From an uncultured cyanobacterium (GTDB lineage: Bacteria > Cyanobacteriota > Cyanobacteriia > CAKZMO01), in the NCBI GenBank assembly GCA_963719515.1, contig CAVRCJ010000017.1:64001-128000 (forward strand): a DNA stretch of 64,000 nucleotides, written 5' to 3'. Positions 51,298 through 63,514 of the stretch are shown one piece after another; the stretch's first letter is position 1, and each line of letters starts with the position of its first letter. A model generated the notes under the pieces. It was given only the letters and a program-made list of their open reading frames with translations. It did not search any database and was not told where the DNA came from. The translations under genes and the position numbers were made by a program.

Positions 51298-54200
51298 TTA
51301 CGGCCACTGTTTGCAGACTTCTCGCATTGCTGCGAGGCACTTGGGCAAGGTTTCCTCGCCGCCTAAATGGGTCAGCGCCGGATGGAGTTTTGGAACGTTG
51401 TCGATCAGGCTGTCACGCTTTTGGTAAGCGAACGCTTCTAGAATGTCGAGGAATTGCTCAAAGCTGGGGACGAATTCATTGGGTCGATGGAGCAGACCTT
51501 GCCACACGTTGGCGCAGTAGTATTTATTTTTGAACGCGCTGATTGAATCTAAGACCTCAGGGAGCAGGCTAACGGGCAAATGCTTAGCCAGTTCTCCTAA
51601 TGCCTTAGACCGTTCCGATTCATCTTGAAGTGCTTGGGCGATCTCCAGCGCCTCTGGCAATAGCTCGGGGGGTAGCTGCTTTGCCAACTCCCTCAGCGCC
51701 CTGGAGCGGTAGTACTCATATTGAATCTGCCGAGTGACCTCCAGCGCCTCAGGCAACAGCTCGGGTGGTAGGTGCTTTGCCAACTCGCTCAGCGCCCTGG
51801 AGCGGTCGGACTCATCTTGAATCTGCCGAGTGACCTCCAGCGCCTCAGGCAACAGCTCGGGTAGTTGCTTTGCCAACGTCACTCAGCGCACTGGAGCGGG
51901 AGAACTCATCTTGAATCTGCCGAGTGACCTCCAGCGCCTCAGGCAACAGCTCGGGTAGTTGCTTTGCCAACTCCCTCAACGCCCAGGAGCGGTCGGACTC
52001 ATCTTGAATCTGCCGAGCGGCCTCCAGCGCCTCAGGCAACAGCTCGGGTAGCTGCTTTGCCAACGCACTTAGCGCCCTGGAGCGGTCGGACTCATCTTGA
52101 ATCTGCCGAGTGACCTCCAGCGCCTCAGGCAACAGCTCGGGTGGTAGGTGCTTTGCCAACTCGCTCAGCGCCCTGGAGCGGTTGGACTCATCTTGAATCT
52201 GCCGAGCAATGTCCAGCGCCTTAGGCAACAGCTGGGGGGTAGCTGCTTTGCCAACTCACTCAGCGACAGGGCGGTCGGTCTCGATTGAATCTGCCGAGTG
52301 ACCTCCAGCGCCTCAGGCAACAGCTCGGGTAGCTGCTTTGCCAACTCACTCAGCGCCCTGGAGCGGTCGGACTCATCTTGAATCTGCTGAGCAATGCCCA
52401 GCGCCTTTGGCAGAAATTCTGCAGGCAGCTTGTCCACCAATTCAGTCAGCGCATAGGCTCTGTAAGAAAATCCAGAGGTACTACTGTCTATGATCTGCCA
52501 AAGCGGTCCTGAATCTGACTCACGCGCCTCTAGCACCTCCGGCCAAAGCTGTGGAAACCGCTCCGCCAGCTTGCTCAGCACAAACGACCGATAGGGCATA
52601 TCCGTAATCCATCCCACCGTCTTCAGCACCTCCGGCAGCAGCCCCTCTGGGATGTAGGGCACCAGCACCGCCACACATTCCGCCCGCCGCCAGGGGTCCT
52701 GCATCTGCTGCGCGTAGGCCAGCCCCTGCGCCGGTTGCCAAATCCCCACCTTCACCAGCGCCCCCACCAGCGCCGCAGGCACATTGCTCGCCAAGCTGTT
52801 GATCGAGGTGCGAATCAGCGCATAGCGAAACAGCCGCGCCAGCGCCGTGCTGTTGTCCTGGCGGGGGTCCTGGTCCTGCTCATACTCCTCTACCGCCAGC
52901 CGCCAGCCCCGCCCCACGTCGTTCACAAACCCCGCCGGTTTCCCCAGCGCGTCGCAGGCCTCATACCAGCCGTTGCGCCCCGCGTCACTGCTCGCCGCCA
53001 GCAGCTGGTACACCTCATCCGGTTGCCGGGCCTGCTCCATGTGCCAGGTCAGCTGAGCAAAAATGTAGCCGTCGTCCGGCAGCGTATGCCACTGCCCCCC
53101 CTGCGTCTTGGCCCGGTAGCGCGCCAGCAGCTGGCCGTGCGCCGCCGCCTTCGTCAGCCCCAGCCCCGATAGGTCTCCCGCCTGCTCCGGCTTGGGTGGG
53201 TCCGTCAGCAGCCGCTGCGCCAGGTCGTGCATTAGGTCGTGCAGCCGGTAGCTGCGCTTGTTGCCCTGCTTCGTCCCCGGCAGCAGCAGCGCCTTACCGC
53301 TAAACTGCCGCAGAATTGCCCCCGCCTGCCGCGCGGTCACCTGCCACAGCGTGGTCGCCATCTCCTGGGTCAGGGTCACATCCTCCGGCACCACCCCCAG
53401 CCAGGCAAAGTAGCGCAGTTGCTCTAGCGAGAGCTGCTTCAGGCTCAGGTTGAAGCAGGCCAGCAGGCTATACTTGCGCCGCTTGGCGTCGTCGGGGATG
53501 TCCTCTTTGCCATACAGGTCCAGCGTCTCCAGCCGCCCCCGCTCCGCGCCAAAGTCTTCTAGCAGCTCCTCCCAGGTCACCCCTTCTTCAATTTGCGTTG
53601 CCGCCAGCTCTAGGGCCAGGGGCAAGTGGCCCACCTGCCGGGCAAAGTCCAGGGCCTGCTGGGTTTCCGCTTCGCTCAGCGGCTCCGGCAGCTTTTGGGT
53701 AATCAGCTCTAGCGCCTGCTCCGGGCTCATCTCGTCCAGCGGGTAGCGATAGGCATCCGCAACCATCACCTCTCGCGTCGTCACCAGCACGCAGCACTGC
53801 GACCCCCCAACCCGAAACGGCTCCAGATGTCCCGGCTTCCAGATGTCATCCACCACCAGCAGCACCTTCTTGTCGTACAGCAAGGTGCGCAGATGGGCCG
53901 AGGCCGGTTCTACGGCGGTGGGTTTATAGTCGTGGTCCCCCAACGCCTGAATCCAGCCGCTCAGCAGCGGCAGCAGGTCTGGGTTTTGACCCAGCGTCGC
54001 CCACAAAACTCCGTCGGAGAAGCGGGCTTGAACTTCCTTGTCGTGGGCCAGCTTTGAGGCCAGCACCGATTTACCGATGCCCCCCAGCCCGTGGATAGCG
54101 CTGACTACCAGGGTGCCAAAAACTTTGGGGTCTTCTGAGAGCAGCCGCGCTTTGACGGCCTGCTGGTGGCTGGGCCGTTCCACAAAGTGCTCTGGCAGCG

Positions 54201-54990
54201 GCGGCAGCTGCAGCGGGATGTCCCAGCGCTGGCGAGGCGGGGCGGCAGGGAGTGGTTCGGGTCTGACAGTACCGCCAAACGTTAGCAGTATTGGGGTTCC
54301 CTTGCTCTCGCAGAGGCTCCGCTGAGTTTGCCCTTTCATGGCCTGCTCTAGATGAGCAGTCAGAGAAGCAGTAGTCACCTCCCCGGTCTCAGTATTGTTT
54401 GGGTCAAGCCCATCCAATATCGCCTTAGTCAGTACGCCGTAGGGCGACATCAAATCATTGTAGGATGCCTCAAAATCCCGGGATGAGGTGAGAAAGTGGC
54501 GAGCATGGCCCTTTCGACCTGCTGACGTCAGTCCATCAAAGTTGAGAAAACTGCCGCTGTTGCAGCAGTCCAGCCAAACAACCTGTTCCGGCACGTTGCT
54601 GCGCTCCAACACTCCGCGCAGCCACATAAAATCAACCCCCCAATCTTCATGTGGTTTAGCATCGCCGGAGGCAAGGTAGCCACACTTATTGCTAGTCCAC
54701 CCATGGCCAGAGAAGTACAGCAGCGCCGTGGTTGGAGCTTGAGTCTCAGTGTCGGGCTCAAAGAGATGGGCGATCGCATCCATCAGTTGCTTTCGCTTGA
54801 CGATGCGATCTGTCCCAACCTGGCCTGCTTTACCCGTGGGTACTTCAGGCAGCCGGGTCACATTAAAACCGCCGTAATTCTCAAGAATTTGAGCGATCGC
54901 CTCTGCATCTCTAGCTGACGACGGCAAATCATCTAGCCCACTGTTCTGGCGATAGCGGTTGATTCCGACAACTAAAGCATCCCGACCCAT
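51298..54990 (-). pseudogene. Caspase (C14)-NB-ARC-winged helix-helical repeat NLR-like protein; frameshifts in the repeat region
   Basis: ALVVGIN.Y, dyad YFSGHG / WLDCCNSG, Walker A GLGGIGKS, Walker B LLVVDDIW, HLPLAL and LHDLMHD. Repeats continue across ORFs 52165-54996, 51845-52228 and 51298-51882. Confidence 0.82.
51580..52405 (-). repeat. About 9 coding tandem repeats of 90/93 bp (30-31 aa helical units)
   Basis: Unit EALEVTRQIQDESDRSRALSELAKQL(P)PELLP. Confidence 0.92.
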
Positions 54991-55348
54991 GGACAAACTT
55001 TCGAGCGGCAGGTAATACAGTTTAGTATCGCCCTTAATTTAAGCGATCGCCAGATTTCCCCGTCGCTGTTTCCTCAGCGGCCCCTATCTAAGCCGATGCC
55101 ACAAAGTCCACATCCACCAGCGTCACCCGCTCTTTCGAAATGCGGAAACCCCGGCTCTCTAGACTATAGAGGCCGGGGGATAACTGGACTGTGGTGCCGG
55201 GAGAGGTCAGCGTCATCGCCCGGTTAATGGTTTTCAAGGGCGCGTTCTTGCTACCGTTAGCGCGATCGCTGCTCTGGGTGGAGTGAGCAAACAGCAGGCC
55301 ACGATTCGGCAGATTAGCTACGGCTAAAGGTAAGCCACAGCAATAGGT

Positions 55349-56596
55349 TTAAATTCCCAAGTCGCTAAAGAAGTCGATCGCCTCTTTAAGCGACGCGATG
55401 AAGACGTCCACCTCCTCTCGGGTGTTGTAGAAGTAGAGGCTGGCGCGGGCGGTGGATTGGGCCTTCAGCAGGCGGTGCAGGGGCTGGGTGCAGTGGTGCC
55501 CGGCGCGAATGGCTACACCCTGCTGGTCGAGAATGGTGGACAGGTCGTGGGGGTGGACTGACCCGGTGGTAAAGGACGCCAGCGCTGCTCGCTCTTGGGT
55601 CTTGGGCCCGTAGACCCGCACCTCTGGCAGCGCGGTAACCTGCGCCATGAGGTAGGTGGCCAGCTCCTGCTCGTAGGCGTGGATGGTGTCCATGCCAATG
55701 TCGCTCAGGTAGTCCACGGCGGCACCGAGGGCGATCGCCTCGGCAATGGCGGGGGTACCGGCCTCAAAGCGGTGGGGAATGTCGGCGTAGGTGGCGTGGT
55801 CTAAGAACACGTCGGCAATCATCTCGCCGCCGCCCAGGAAGGGGGGCATGGCTCGCAGCACATCCTGCTTACCGTACAAAAAGCCAATGCCGCTGGGGGC
55901 GCACATCTTGTGGCCTGAGGCCACTAGCCAGTCGCAGCCCATGGCCTGCACGTCCACCGACATGTGGGGGACGCTCTGGCAGGCGTCGATCAGCACCTTG
56001 GCGCCGCGCTCGTGGGCTAGGTCGATAATCTCCCGCACTGGGTTGACGCAGCCCAAGGTGTTGGAAACGTGGGACACCGCTACGATCTTGGTCTTGTCTG
56101 TGAGCAGGGTGCGGTAGTGGTCTAGGTCAAAGGTTTCTTCTTCCGTCAGCTGCACAAACTTCAGCGCCACGCCCTGACGCTGGGCCAGCAGCTGCCAAGG
56201 GATCAAGTTGCTGTGGTGCTCCATCACCGACAGAATCACTTCGTCCCCCGGCTCCAGCAGCGACCCCTGGGCATAGGCCACCAGATTAATCGCCTCGCTG
56301 GCGTTGCGGGTGTAGATGATTTCTTCGCGGTGGGCAGCGTTGACGAAGCGGGCCACCTTATCGCGAGCGCCCTCATAGGCATCGGTGGCGCGGGCGCTGA
56401 GGGTGTGGACGCCACGATGCACGTTGGCGTTGTCCTGGCGGTAGTAGTTCTCTATGGCCTCCAGTACGGCCAAAGGCTTCTGAGAGGTGGCCGCGTTGTC
56501 CAGATAAACCAGCGGCTTGCCGTTGATCTGCTGGTTCAGAATGGGGAAGTCGGGGCGGAACTTAGCGGCCAGCGTTCTTTCTTGGGTAGCAGTCAT
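55349..56596 (-). CDS. sufS: Cysteine desulfurase SufS
   Basis: [16 protein letters not shown] (PLP Lys) and RAGHHC. Confidence 0.96.
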   Translation of the reverse strand: MTATQERTLAAKFRPDFPILNQQINGKPLVYLDNAATSQKPLAVLEAIENYYRQDNANVHRGVHTLSARATDAYEGARDKVARFVNAAHREEIIYTRNASEAINLVAYAQGSLLEPGDEVILSVMEHHSNLIPWQLLAQRQGVALKFVQLTEEETFDLDHYRTLLTDKTKIVAVSHVSNTLGCVNPVREIIDLAHERGAKVLIDACQSVPHMSVDVQAMGCDWLVASGHKMCAPSGIGFLYGKQDVLRAMPPFLGGGEMIADVFLDHATYADIPHRFEAGTPAIAEAIALGAAVDYLSDIGMDTIHAYEQELATYLMAQVTALPEVRVYGPKTQERAALASFTTGSVHPHDLSTILDQQGVAIRAGHHCTQPLHRLLKAQSTARASLYFYNTREEVDVFIASLKEAIDFFSDLGI

Positions 56597-56632
56597 GGCG
56601 GGTGAGGAGTGAGGATGGGTGATCTTAAAGCC

Positions 56633-56709
56633 GTGGTTGGGTTGGATCGACAGCGTAACCCAACGGAACCTCTGTCGGTGTTGGGCTTCCTCGCGTCAAC
56701 CCAACCTAC
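56633..56709. repeat. REP-like palindromic element (GTAG/CTAC class)
   Basis: GGTTGGGTTG...AACCCAAC...GTTGGG...CAACCCAACCTAC between sufD and sufS. Confidence 0.7.
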
Positions 56710-56731
56710 ATAGGGATACTCAGTCAGTCAG

Positions 56732-58048
56732 TTAGGAGGCAAGGGCGGCAACGCAGACGATAATCTGCGATCGCACCGCTTCAACGGGCAGCGCGTCGAT
56801 AATTTCCCCGGCAAAGGCGCGAATCAGTAGAGTCTGGGCCTTTGCGGCGTCGATGCCCCGGCTCTGGAAGTAGAACACCTCCGCCGGGTCGAGCTGGCTC
56901 ACCGTTGCGCCGTGGGTACATTTGACGTTGTCCGCCACGATTTCCAGTTGGGGCTTGGTGTCTATGCGGGCCTTGGGGGACAGCAGCAGGTTGCGGTTGA
57001 GCTGTCCGGCGTCGGTCATCTGCGCCGCCTGGGGCACCATCACCTTGCCGTTGAACACCACATGGGCCTGGTCGCTGGCGATGCACTTGTGCAGCTGGCG
57101 GCTGCTGCCGTGGGGGTGGGCGTAGCGAATCAGGCTGTGGGTGTCGGAAAGCTGCTCGCCCGTGGCCAGGGTGAGGCCGTTGAGCACCGTCTCGGTCTGT
57201 TCACCCTGCTGAAAAACTTCTAGGTTGTGGCGCGCGAGCTTGGCTCCCAGGCTGATGAAGTGACAGGCGTAGCGGGAATCGCGCTGCTGAGACACCGCCG
57301 TTTTACCGAGGTGATAGGCGCTGTGGGCGTCGCGCTGCAGCCGCAGGTGGGTCACCTGGGCATTCTCGGCCAGGTACAGCTCAGTGACGCTGTTGGTAAC
57401 GTAGGTGCCGCCCCCTATGCCGACGTAGTCTTCAATCAGGGTGAGGCGGCTGTGGGGGCCCGCCACCACCAGGCAGCGGGGATGGGTCAGGTAGGCTTTG
57501 CCAGAGGTAGAGACAAACAGCAGGTGAACCGGCTGAGCCGGGGCAGCCTCTGAATCTAGCCAAATCACCGCCCCGTCGCTAAAGCTGGCGGCGTTGAGCT
57601 GGGTGAAGGTTTGCTCTAGGGCCTGCTGCTGGGCCAGATAGGGCTGCAGGTCGGAGCCGCTCCACTGAGTCAAGGCACCCACGGTGAGGCCCTGCGCTGC
57701 GGCGTCAGAAGAGAGGGCCGGGGCGTAGCGTCCGTCGACAAAGACGAGCTGCAGAGCGTCTGGGATGCGATAGGCCGTTAGGTCATCAGCAGAGACGGCG
57801 TCTCGCGTGTCCTCTGGGGACTGCAGCGGTAGGTCGACCAGAGGCGTGACGTCCGTAAACCGCCATTCCTCATCTCGCGTAGTGGGCAGCGATCGCTTCG
57901 CCAAAGCACCCACAGCGGCGTCTCGCCGCTCGCCCAGCCAGCGGTACAGCTCTGGGCTGGTGCTGGGTAAAGGCGACCTCAGCGCCAGCAAATCAGCCAA
58001 ATCGGTGCGCGTAATCGGCGTCATCCCGGTATTGGAAGCTAAGGTCAT
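56732..58048 (-). CDS. sufD: Fe-S cluster assembly protein SufD
   Basis: EEWRFTD and [21 protein letters not shown]. Confidence 0.95.
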   Translation of the reverse strand: MTLASNTGMTPITRTDLADLLALRSPLPSTSPELYRWLGERRDAAVGALAKRSLPTTRDEEWRFTDVTPLVDLPLQSPEDTRDAVSADDLTAYRIPDALQLVFVDGRYAPALSSDAAAQGLTVGALTQWSGSDLQPYLAQQQALEQTFTQLNAASFSDGAVIWLDSEAAPAQPVHLLFVSTSGKAYLTHPRCLVVAGPHSRLTLIEDYVGIGGGTYVTNSVTELYLAENAQVTHLRLQRDAHSAYHLGKTAVSQQRDSRYACHFISLGAKLARHNLEVFQQGEQTETVLNGLTLATGEQLSDTHSLIRYAHPHGSSRQLHKCIASDQAHVVFNGKVMVPQAAQMTDAGQLNRNLLLSPKARIDTKPQLEIVADNVKCTHGATVSQLDPAEVFYFQSRGIDAAKAQTLLIRAFAGEIIDALPVEAVRSQIIVCVAALAS

Positions 58049-58812
58049 GCGGTTACTCCCGCCTCCTCAACCACCCAGTCGTAGCCCCGTCCCTCTAGCT
58101 CGTGGGCCAGCTCTTTCCCCCCCGTACGAATGATCCGTCCTGCTGACATCACATGAACATAGTCCGGAACGATGTAGTTGAGCAGGCGCTGGTAATGGGT
58201 AATTAAGACGGTAGCATTTTCGGGGCCAGCGATCTGATTGACGCCTTCCGACACCGTCTTCAGCGCATCGATGTCGAGACCCGAATCGGTCTCATCCAAA
58301 ATTGCTAGCGTCGGCTCTAGGATGGCCATCTGCAGAATTTCGTTGCGCTTCTTCTCTCCGCCGGAGAAGCCTTCATTGACGCTGCGGCTGAGAAACTCGG
58401 GCTTCATCTTGACGACGTCTAGCTTGTCCTGCACCAGCTCGTCAAAATCAAAGGCGTCCAGCTCTTCTTCCCCGTTATGCTTGCGCTTGGCGTTGTAGGC
58501 CACCCGCAAAAAGTCCACGTTCGATACCCCCGGAATCTCTAGGGGATATTGAAACGCCAGGAACACCCCGGCCCGCGCCCGCTCTTCCGGCTCTAGGGCC
58601 AGCAGGTCCCTCCCCTGGAAGGTGGCCGTGCCGCCGGTCACCTCGTAGTCGGGGTGACCGCTCAGCACTTTAGAAAAAGTGCTTTTCCCGGACCCGTTAG
58701 GCCCCATAATGGCGTGGATTTCTCCCGCCTTCACCGTGAGGTTCAGCCCCTTCAAGATCTGGGTGCCGTCGACGTTTGCCGTCAGGTTTTCTACAGTCAG
58801 AATCGGTGCCAC
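58045..58812 (-). CDS. sufC: Fe-S cluster assembly ATPase SufC
   Basis: [19 protein letters not shown] and ITHYQRLL. Confidence 0.96.
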   Translation of the reverse strand: MAPILTVENLTANVDGTQILKGLNLTVKAGEIHAIMGPNGSGKSTFSKVLSGHPDYEVTGGTATFQGRDLLALEPEERARAGVFLAFQYPLEIPGVSNVDFLRVAYNAKRKHNGEEELDAFDFDELVQDKLDVVKMKPEFLSRSVNEGFSGGEKKRNEILQMAILEPTLAILDETDSGLDIDALKTVSEGVNQIAGPENATVLITHYQRLLNYIVPDYVHVMSAGRIIRTGGKELAHELEGRGYDWVVEEAGVTA

Positions 58813-58875
58813 TTAGCCCTGTCTCCACAAATCTCGTTTTTTTCGTAGCAGCACGTACGCGCTGCTGCAAGATAT

Positions 58876-60312
58876 CTATCCCACGCTGCCTTCTAGCTTC
58901 AGCGCCAGCAGTCGGTCCGCCTCCACCGCAAACTCCATGGGCAGCTGGCTGAACACATCCTTGCAGAAACCGCTGATAATCATGGAGATGGCGTCCTCCA
59001 TGGAGATGCCCCGCTGCATAAAGTAGAACAGCTGGTCCTCGCCGATCTTAGAAGTCGATGCCTCATGCTCAATGTTGGCGGTGTTTTCCTGCACCTGGAT
59101 GTAGGGGAAGGTATTGGCCTCAGCGCGATCGCCAATCAGCATTGAGTCGCACTGGGAGTAGTTGCGGGCTCCCTTCGCCTTCGGACCTACCTTCACCAAA
59201 CCGCGATAGCTGTTCTTCGAACGCCCTGCCGAGATCCCCTTGGAGATAATCGTGCTGCGGGTATTTTTGCCGATATGCACCATCTTGGTGCCGGTGTCGG
59301 CCTGCTGCATGTTGTTGGTGAGCGCCACGGAGTAAAATTCGCCCACCGAGTTGTCGCCTACTAGCAGGCAGCTGGGATACTTCCAGGTAATGGCCGAGCC
59401 GGTCTCCACCTGGGTCCAGGAGATTTTGGAGTTGACCCCCTGGCACAAGCCCCGCTTGGTGACGAAGTTGTAAATGCCGCCGACGCCTTCCTCATTACCG
59501 GCGTACCAGTTTTGCACCGTAGAGTACTTAATCTCAGCGTTGTCCAAGGCAACCAGCTCCACCACCGCCGCGTGCAGCTGGTTGGTGTCGAACATGGGGG
59601 CAGTGCAGCCCTCCAGATAGGTCACCGAGCTGCCCTCCTCCGCCACAATCAGCGTCCGCTCGAACTGACCGGAATCGCCGTTGTTGATGCGGAAGTAGGT
59701 GGACAAGTCCATGGGGCATTTGACGCCCTTGGGAATGTAGACGAATGAGCCGTCGCTAAACACCGCAGAGTTGAGGGCGGCGAAGTAGTTATCGCCAGGA
59801 GAGACGACGCTGCCCAGGTACTTCTCGATCAGCTCCGGGTGCTCCTTTACCGCCTCGGCGATGGAGCAAAAGACGATGCCGTCTTCTGCAAGCTGCGCTT
59901 TGAACGTGGTCGCCACCGAGACGCTATCAAACACCGCGTCTACCGCTACGTTGCTGAGCCGCTTTTGCTCAGAGATAGGGATGCCCAGCTTTTCAAAGGT
60001 TTCCAGCAGGGTGGGGTCTACCTCGTCCAGGCTGCCCAGCTTCTCGTTCTTCTTGGGCGCAGAGTAGTAGATGATGTCCTGATAGTTGATGGGCGGATAG
60101 GACACATGGGGCCAGTTAGGCTCCGCCATCTTTTGCCAGCGGCGAAACGCCTTCAGCCGAAACTGGAGCAGGAAGTCCGGCTCGTTCTTCTTGGCAGAAA
60201 TCAGCCGCACTACATCCTCACTCAGTCCAGGCGGAAGCGTATCTGACTCAATGTCTGTAACGAAACCGTACTTGTAGGGCTGATTTACTAGGGATTTAAC
60301 CGTGGCAGTCAT
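58876..60312 (-). CDS. sufB: Fe-S cluster assembly protein SufB
   Basis: YKYGF, FERTLI, EGCTAP and EHEASTSKI; no intein. Confidence 0.97.
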   Translation of the reverse strand: MTATVKSLVNQPYKYGFVTDIESDTLPPGLSEDVVRLISAKKNEPDFLLQFRLKAFRRWQKMAEPNWPHVSYPPINYQDIIYYSAPKKNEKLGSLDEVDPTLLETFEKLGIPISEQKRLSNVAVDAVFDSVSVATTFKAQLAEDGIVFCSIAEAVKEHPELIEKYLGSVVSPGDNYFAALNSAVFSDGSFVYIPKGVKCPMDLSTYFRINNGDSGQFERTLIVAEEGSSVTYLEGCTAPMFDTNQLHAAVVELVALDNAEIKYSTVQNWYAGNEEGVGGIYNFVTKRGLCQGVNSKISWTQVETGSAITWKYPSCLLVGDNSVGEFYSVALTNNMQQADTGTKMVHIGKNTRSTIISKGISAGRSKNSYRGLVKVGPKAKGARNYSQCDSMLIGDRAEANTFPYIQVQENTANIEHEASTSKIGEDQLFYFMQRGISMEDAISMIISGFCKDVFSQLPMEFAVEADRLLALKLEGSVG

Positions 60313-60356
60313 AATTCGTTGGGGTATCGGCAGGATGGGACTGGAGGTTGGAGAGT

Positions 60357-60722
60357 CTAATACTGATTCGTCGCTTCCCGAATCTCATCAAAGGCGATCT
60401 CTTGCTTTTCGCCAGCGAAATCATTGTCTTCCGTTAGAAACAGCATGCAGTGGCACTCTTTGCGCTCGCGCATGGGCACGCAGGGGCAGTTCCAGTAGGC
60501 TGCCGCCGCTTCCGCTTGTTTATCTTCATAGTGGCGGCAGGGACACAGCGGCGCGCCAAGGTCGTCTTTGTGCTTCGCCAGCCCTTCAATCACGACCGCC
60601 GTTACGCCAGGATCGACGCAGAAGTATGTACCCGTGCGCTGGGCGTAGGTCTCGGAGAAGTGGCGCATAGCCTCCAGGCTCTTGTCGGTGGCCTGTTCGG
60701 TCTTGGTCTGAGGTGATGTCAT
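60357..60722 (-). CDS. ftrC: Ferredoxin-thioredoxin reductase catalytic subunit
   Basis: CPC ... CPC ... CHC motifs; usual position upstream of sufB. Confidence 0.95.
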   Translation of the reverse strand: MTSPQTKTEQATDKSLEAMRHFSETYAQRTGTYFCVDPGVTAVVIEGLAKHKDDLGAPLCPCRHYEDKQAEAAAAYWNCPCVPMRERKECHCMLFLTEDNDFAGEKQEIAFDEIREATNQY

Positions 60723-60759
60723 GAGAGAAGCGATAGGCTAACAACTGCGGCTATAATTA

Positions 60760-60836
60760 AAGCAACGATTAAGTTGCTTAACTCTATTATATTTATCGAT
60801 CTTAATCTAAGTTTAGCAACATTTAGGTTTCTAAAC
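60760..60836. promoter_or_regulatory. Two SufR operator sites in the divergent promoter
   Basis: AAGCAAC-GATTAA-GTTGCTT (perfect CAAC-N6-GTTG at 60763-60776) and imperfect GTTTAGCAAC-ATTTAG-GTTTCTAAAC (60811-60836). Confidence 0.8.
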
Positions 60837-60911
60837 TATTTCTCTAGGCGACAAATCTTCCGAATCTAGTTTATAGACAACAGACGTAAAGCGGATATCC
60901 AGTTGCGGACG

Positions 60912-61559
60912 ATGACGGCAACTCACCAACCTTCTAGCAAGGAAGAAATCTTGCAGTATTTGGCGAAGCAGGGGCGCTCAAGTGCTCAGGACTTGGCGGC
61001 CTATCTTGATATCAGTCCGCAGGCGACGCGGCGCCACCTCAAAGCGCTAGAAGCCGAAGGCCTGATCGAGCACCAGACGGTCCAGGCGGGTATTGGGCGA
61101 CCCCAGCATCAGTACGGCTTGAGCGCGAGGGGGCGCGATCGCCTCCCCGACCAGTATGACGATTTTGCACTGTCCCTCCTCAATACCCTAGCGGAAACCG
61201 TTGGCCCCGAGGAAGTGGGCTCAATTTTGCACAGGCAGTGGATGCGCAAGGCGCTTGACTACCGCGATCGCATCGGGTTTGGACAGCTAGAAGAGCGGGT
61301 GAAGCGGCTGGTGGCCCTGCGCCAGGCGGAGGGCTATATGGCGGAGTGTCATGCGGCGCAGCAGGATGACGCCAGCGACCCGAAGTTTGTCGTCACCGAA
61401 TACAACTGCGCTATTTCCCACGTGGCCCGCTCGTTTCCGAGCGTTTGCGGCCACGAGCTAGAGATGTTTCAGGTGGCCTTAGGCGATGCTAGGGTAGAGC
61501 GCACCCACTGGCTGGCGGATGGGGAGCACCAGTGTGGCTATCTCATTTGCGAGCAGTAA
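60912..61559 (+). CDS. sufR: Fe-S-sensing transcriptional repressor SufR
   Basis: N-terminal HTH (ISPQATRRHLKAL), GRP motif and EYNCAI...VCGHE...C; divergent from sufB. Confidence 0.93.
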   Translation: MTATHQPSSKEEILQYLAKQGRSSAQDLAAYLDISPQATRRHLKALEAEGLIEHQTVQAGIGRPQHQYGLSARGRDRLPDQYDDFALSLLNTLAETVGPEEVGSILHRQWMRKALDYRDRIGFGQLEERVKRLVALRQAEGYMAECHAAQQDDASDPKFVVTEYNCAISHVARSFPSVCGHELEMFQVALGDARVERTHWLADGEHQCGYLICEQ

Positions 61560-61645
61560 TCTTTCGTAAGCAGCTCGTGAACAGTAACCTTTCGTAAGCA
61601 TCAACCCTTCTGTGCTCCAGGCCCAGATGTGACGCAACAACCAAT

Positions 61646-62041
61646 ATGACCAACTCCCCAGCAGATTTTCTAACCGTCGAAGAATCGATGGCCGTGGACC
61701 AAGCGATGATGACCGCCAGCGATCGCTTCTCCACTCGGGCAGCGATCTACTCTTTACGGGTGCTCAAGCAGATTGCCCAACACGAGGACGTGGGGGTAGA
61801 GCAAGTGAGCGACGCTCAGGTGGCGAACTGGGTAGACCGAGAGGCCGCCTCCCAGGTGGAGGCGCAGGGGTTAGAGACAGGGGAAGCGTTTACGCCGTTT
61901 TTTGTACAGCTAGTGCTGTCGTCCCGAAAGCCCTTGAGCAAAGCGGCTGAGGCGAGCAGCGTGGAGATTGGGACGCTGACGCTAGAGCAGGTGATAGGCT
62001 GGTTTGAGGCGCAGGCGAAGCGACGGGTCGAGCAGGGATAG
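61646..62041 (+). CDS. Hypothetical protein
   Basis: ATG-started 131-aa ORF with plausible composition, filling the gap between genes. Confidence 0.65.
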   Translation: MTNSPADFLTVEESMAVDQAMMTASDRFSTRAAIYSLRVLKQIAQHEDVGVEQVSDAQVANWVDREAASQVEAQGLETGEAFTPFFVQLVLSSRKPLSKAAEASSVEIGTLTLEQVIGWFEAQAKRRVEQG

Positions 62042-62168
62042 GTCTGCCGTAGCCTACTCAAAGGCGATTGGCTGACGCCTATCCGACCGGCTGAAGTAAA
62101 GCGAACCGAACACCGCCTCAATAATTCACTCTCTATACTGGTAGATAAGTATTGAACTGTTGACACCT

Positions 62169-63491
62169 ATGGTTAACCCAAGGGTTATTGAAGCTGTTGA
62201 GACGCTAAACTACCGCGTCACCATCGGGGATGTCGCATCCCAAGCCGGTATAGAGATTCGAGCTGCTGAGCAAGGACTGCTAGCGCTGGCCTCTGAAGCG
62301 GGGGGGCATCTTCAGGTAGCAGAATCTGGAGAAATCGCCTATCAGTTTCCCAAGAACCTGCGCGGCGTACTGCGCAACAAGTATCTCCGGCTGCGGCTGC
62401 AGGCTTGGGCCGAGCGCGTTGGTCGGGCGCTGTTCTACCTGCTGCGCATTTCCTTTGGCATTCTGCTCGTTTTGTCGATTGTGGTGATTGTCTGCGCCAT
62501 ATTCGCCATTGTCATGGCGCTCAATGCCTCCCAAGGAGACGATCGCGATGGCGGCGGCTTTGGTGGCGGCATGATGATGCCCCGCGTCTGGTTTGGCCCT
62601 GACCTGTTCTGGATTTTCTACCCCAACTATTACGAGCGGCGCAGCTACTCCCGCCGCCAGCCTTCCCGCCCTAACCACCGGGGGCAGCGGGGCAGTGACC
62701 AGATGAATTTTCTCGAAGCCATTTTTTCCTTCCTGTTTGGAGACGGCAACCCCAACGCCGACTTAGAGGAGCGCCGCTGGCAAACCGTTGCCGCCCTGAT
62801 TCGCAAGCGCAATGGGGCGATCGCCGCCGATGAGGTAGCCCCCTATCTAGACGGGGTCAGCGAGCGGACCTTGGAAGAGGAAGACTACGTGCTTCCCGTG
62901 CTTTCCCGCTTCAACGGTCGGCCCGAGGTCAGCCCCGAGGGAGACATCGTCTATCATTTCCCAGAGCTACAGATCACGGCTGCCCGTCAGCTGGGCCGCT
63001 CCATCCCTGACTATTTGCAGGAGCTGCCCCGACGCTTTAGCGAAGCCTCCTCCGGCCAGCTGATGCTGGCAGGCGGGTTAGGGGTATTTAACATTGTGGG
63101 AGCGCTTTACCTCGGTAGTCTGCTGCAGCAGGTCACGTTTGATTTGGCTCAAGCAGGGTTTGTTGGTTTTGTGTCCAGCATCTACGGGTTGCTGCTGCTC
63201 TACGCCGTCGGCTTTGTGACTGTCCCGCTGGTGCGCTATCTGTGGGTTCGCTGGCGCAATACCCGCATTGAGGCGCGCAATCGGCAGCGATTGTCTCTAG
63301 TAGAGCGGCTCAAGCGCCCGGCGGCTGAGCTGCAGCGGAAGATGGCCTACGCCCAGCAGTTTGCGGCCCAAACCGTGATCTCGGCGGAGGACTTGGCCTA
63401 CACCACCGAGACAGGCTTGACCGAGCAGGAGATCGCCCAGTCCGACAAGATCGATGAGGAGTGGCGGCGACGGCTTGAGCAGTCCCGGTAG
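62169..63491 (+). CDS. Conserved cyanobacterial/plastid-type membrane protein of unknown function
   Basis: RVTIGDVA, LASEAGGHLQV, FLEAIFSFLFGDGNPN and 3 TM helices. Confidence 0.75.
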   Translation: MVNPRVIEAVETLNYRVTIGDVASQAGIEIRAAEQGLLALASEAGGHLQVAESGEIAYQFPKNLRGVLRNKYLRLRLQAWAERVGRALFYLLRISFGILLVLSIVVIVCAIFAIVMALNASQGDDRDGGGFGGGMMMPRVWFGPDLFWIFYPNYYERRSYSRRQPSRPNHRGQRGSDQMNFLEAIFSFLFGDGNPNADLEERRWQTVAALIRKRNGAIAADEVAPYLDGVSERTLEEEDYVLPVLSRFNGRPEVSPEGDIVYHFPELQITAARQLGRSIPDYLQELPRRFSEASSGQLMLAGGLGVFNIVGALYLGSLLQQVTFDLAQAGFVGFVSSIYGLLLLYAVGFVTVPLVRYLWVRWRNTRIEARNRQRLSLVERLKRPAAELQRKMAYAQQFAAQTVISAEDLAYTTETGLTEQEIAQSDKIDEEWRRRLEQSR

Positions 63492-63514
63492 CAGGGCAAA
63501 GCGCATTTGGGGTG

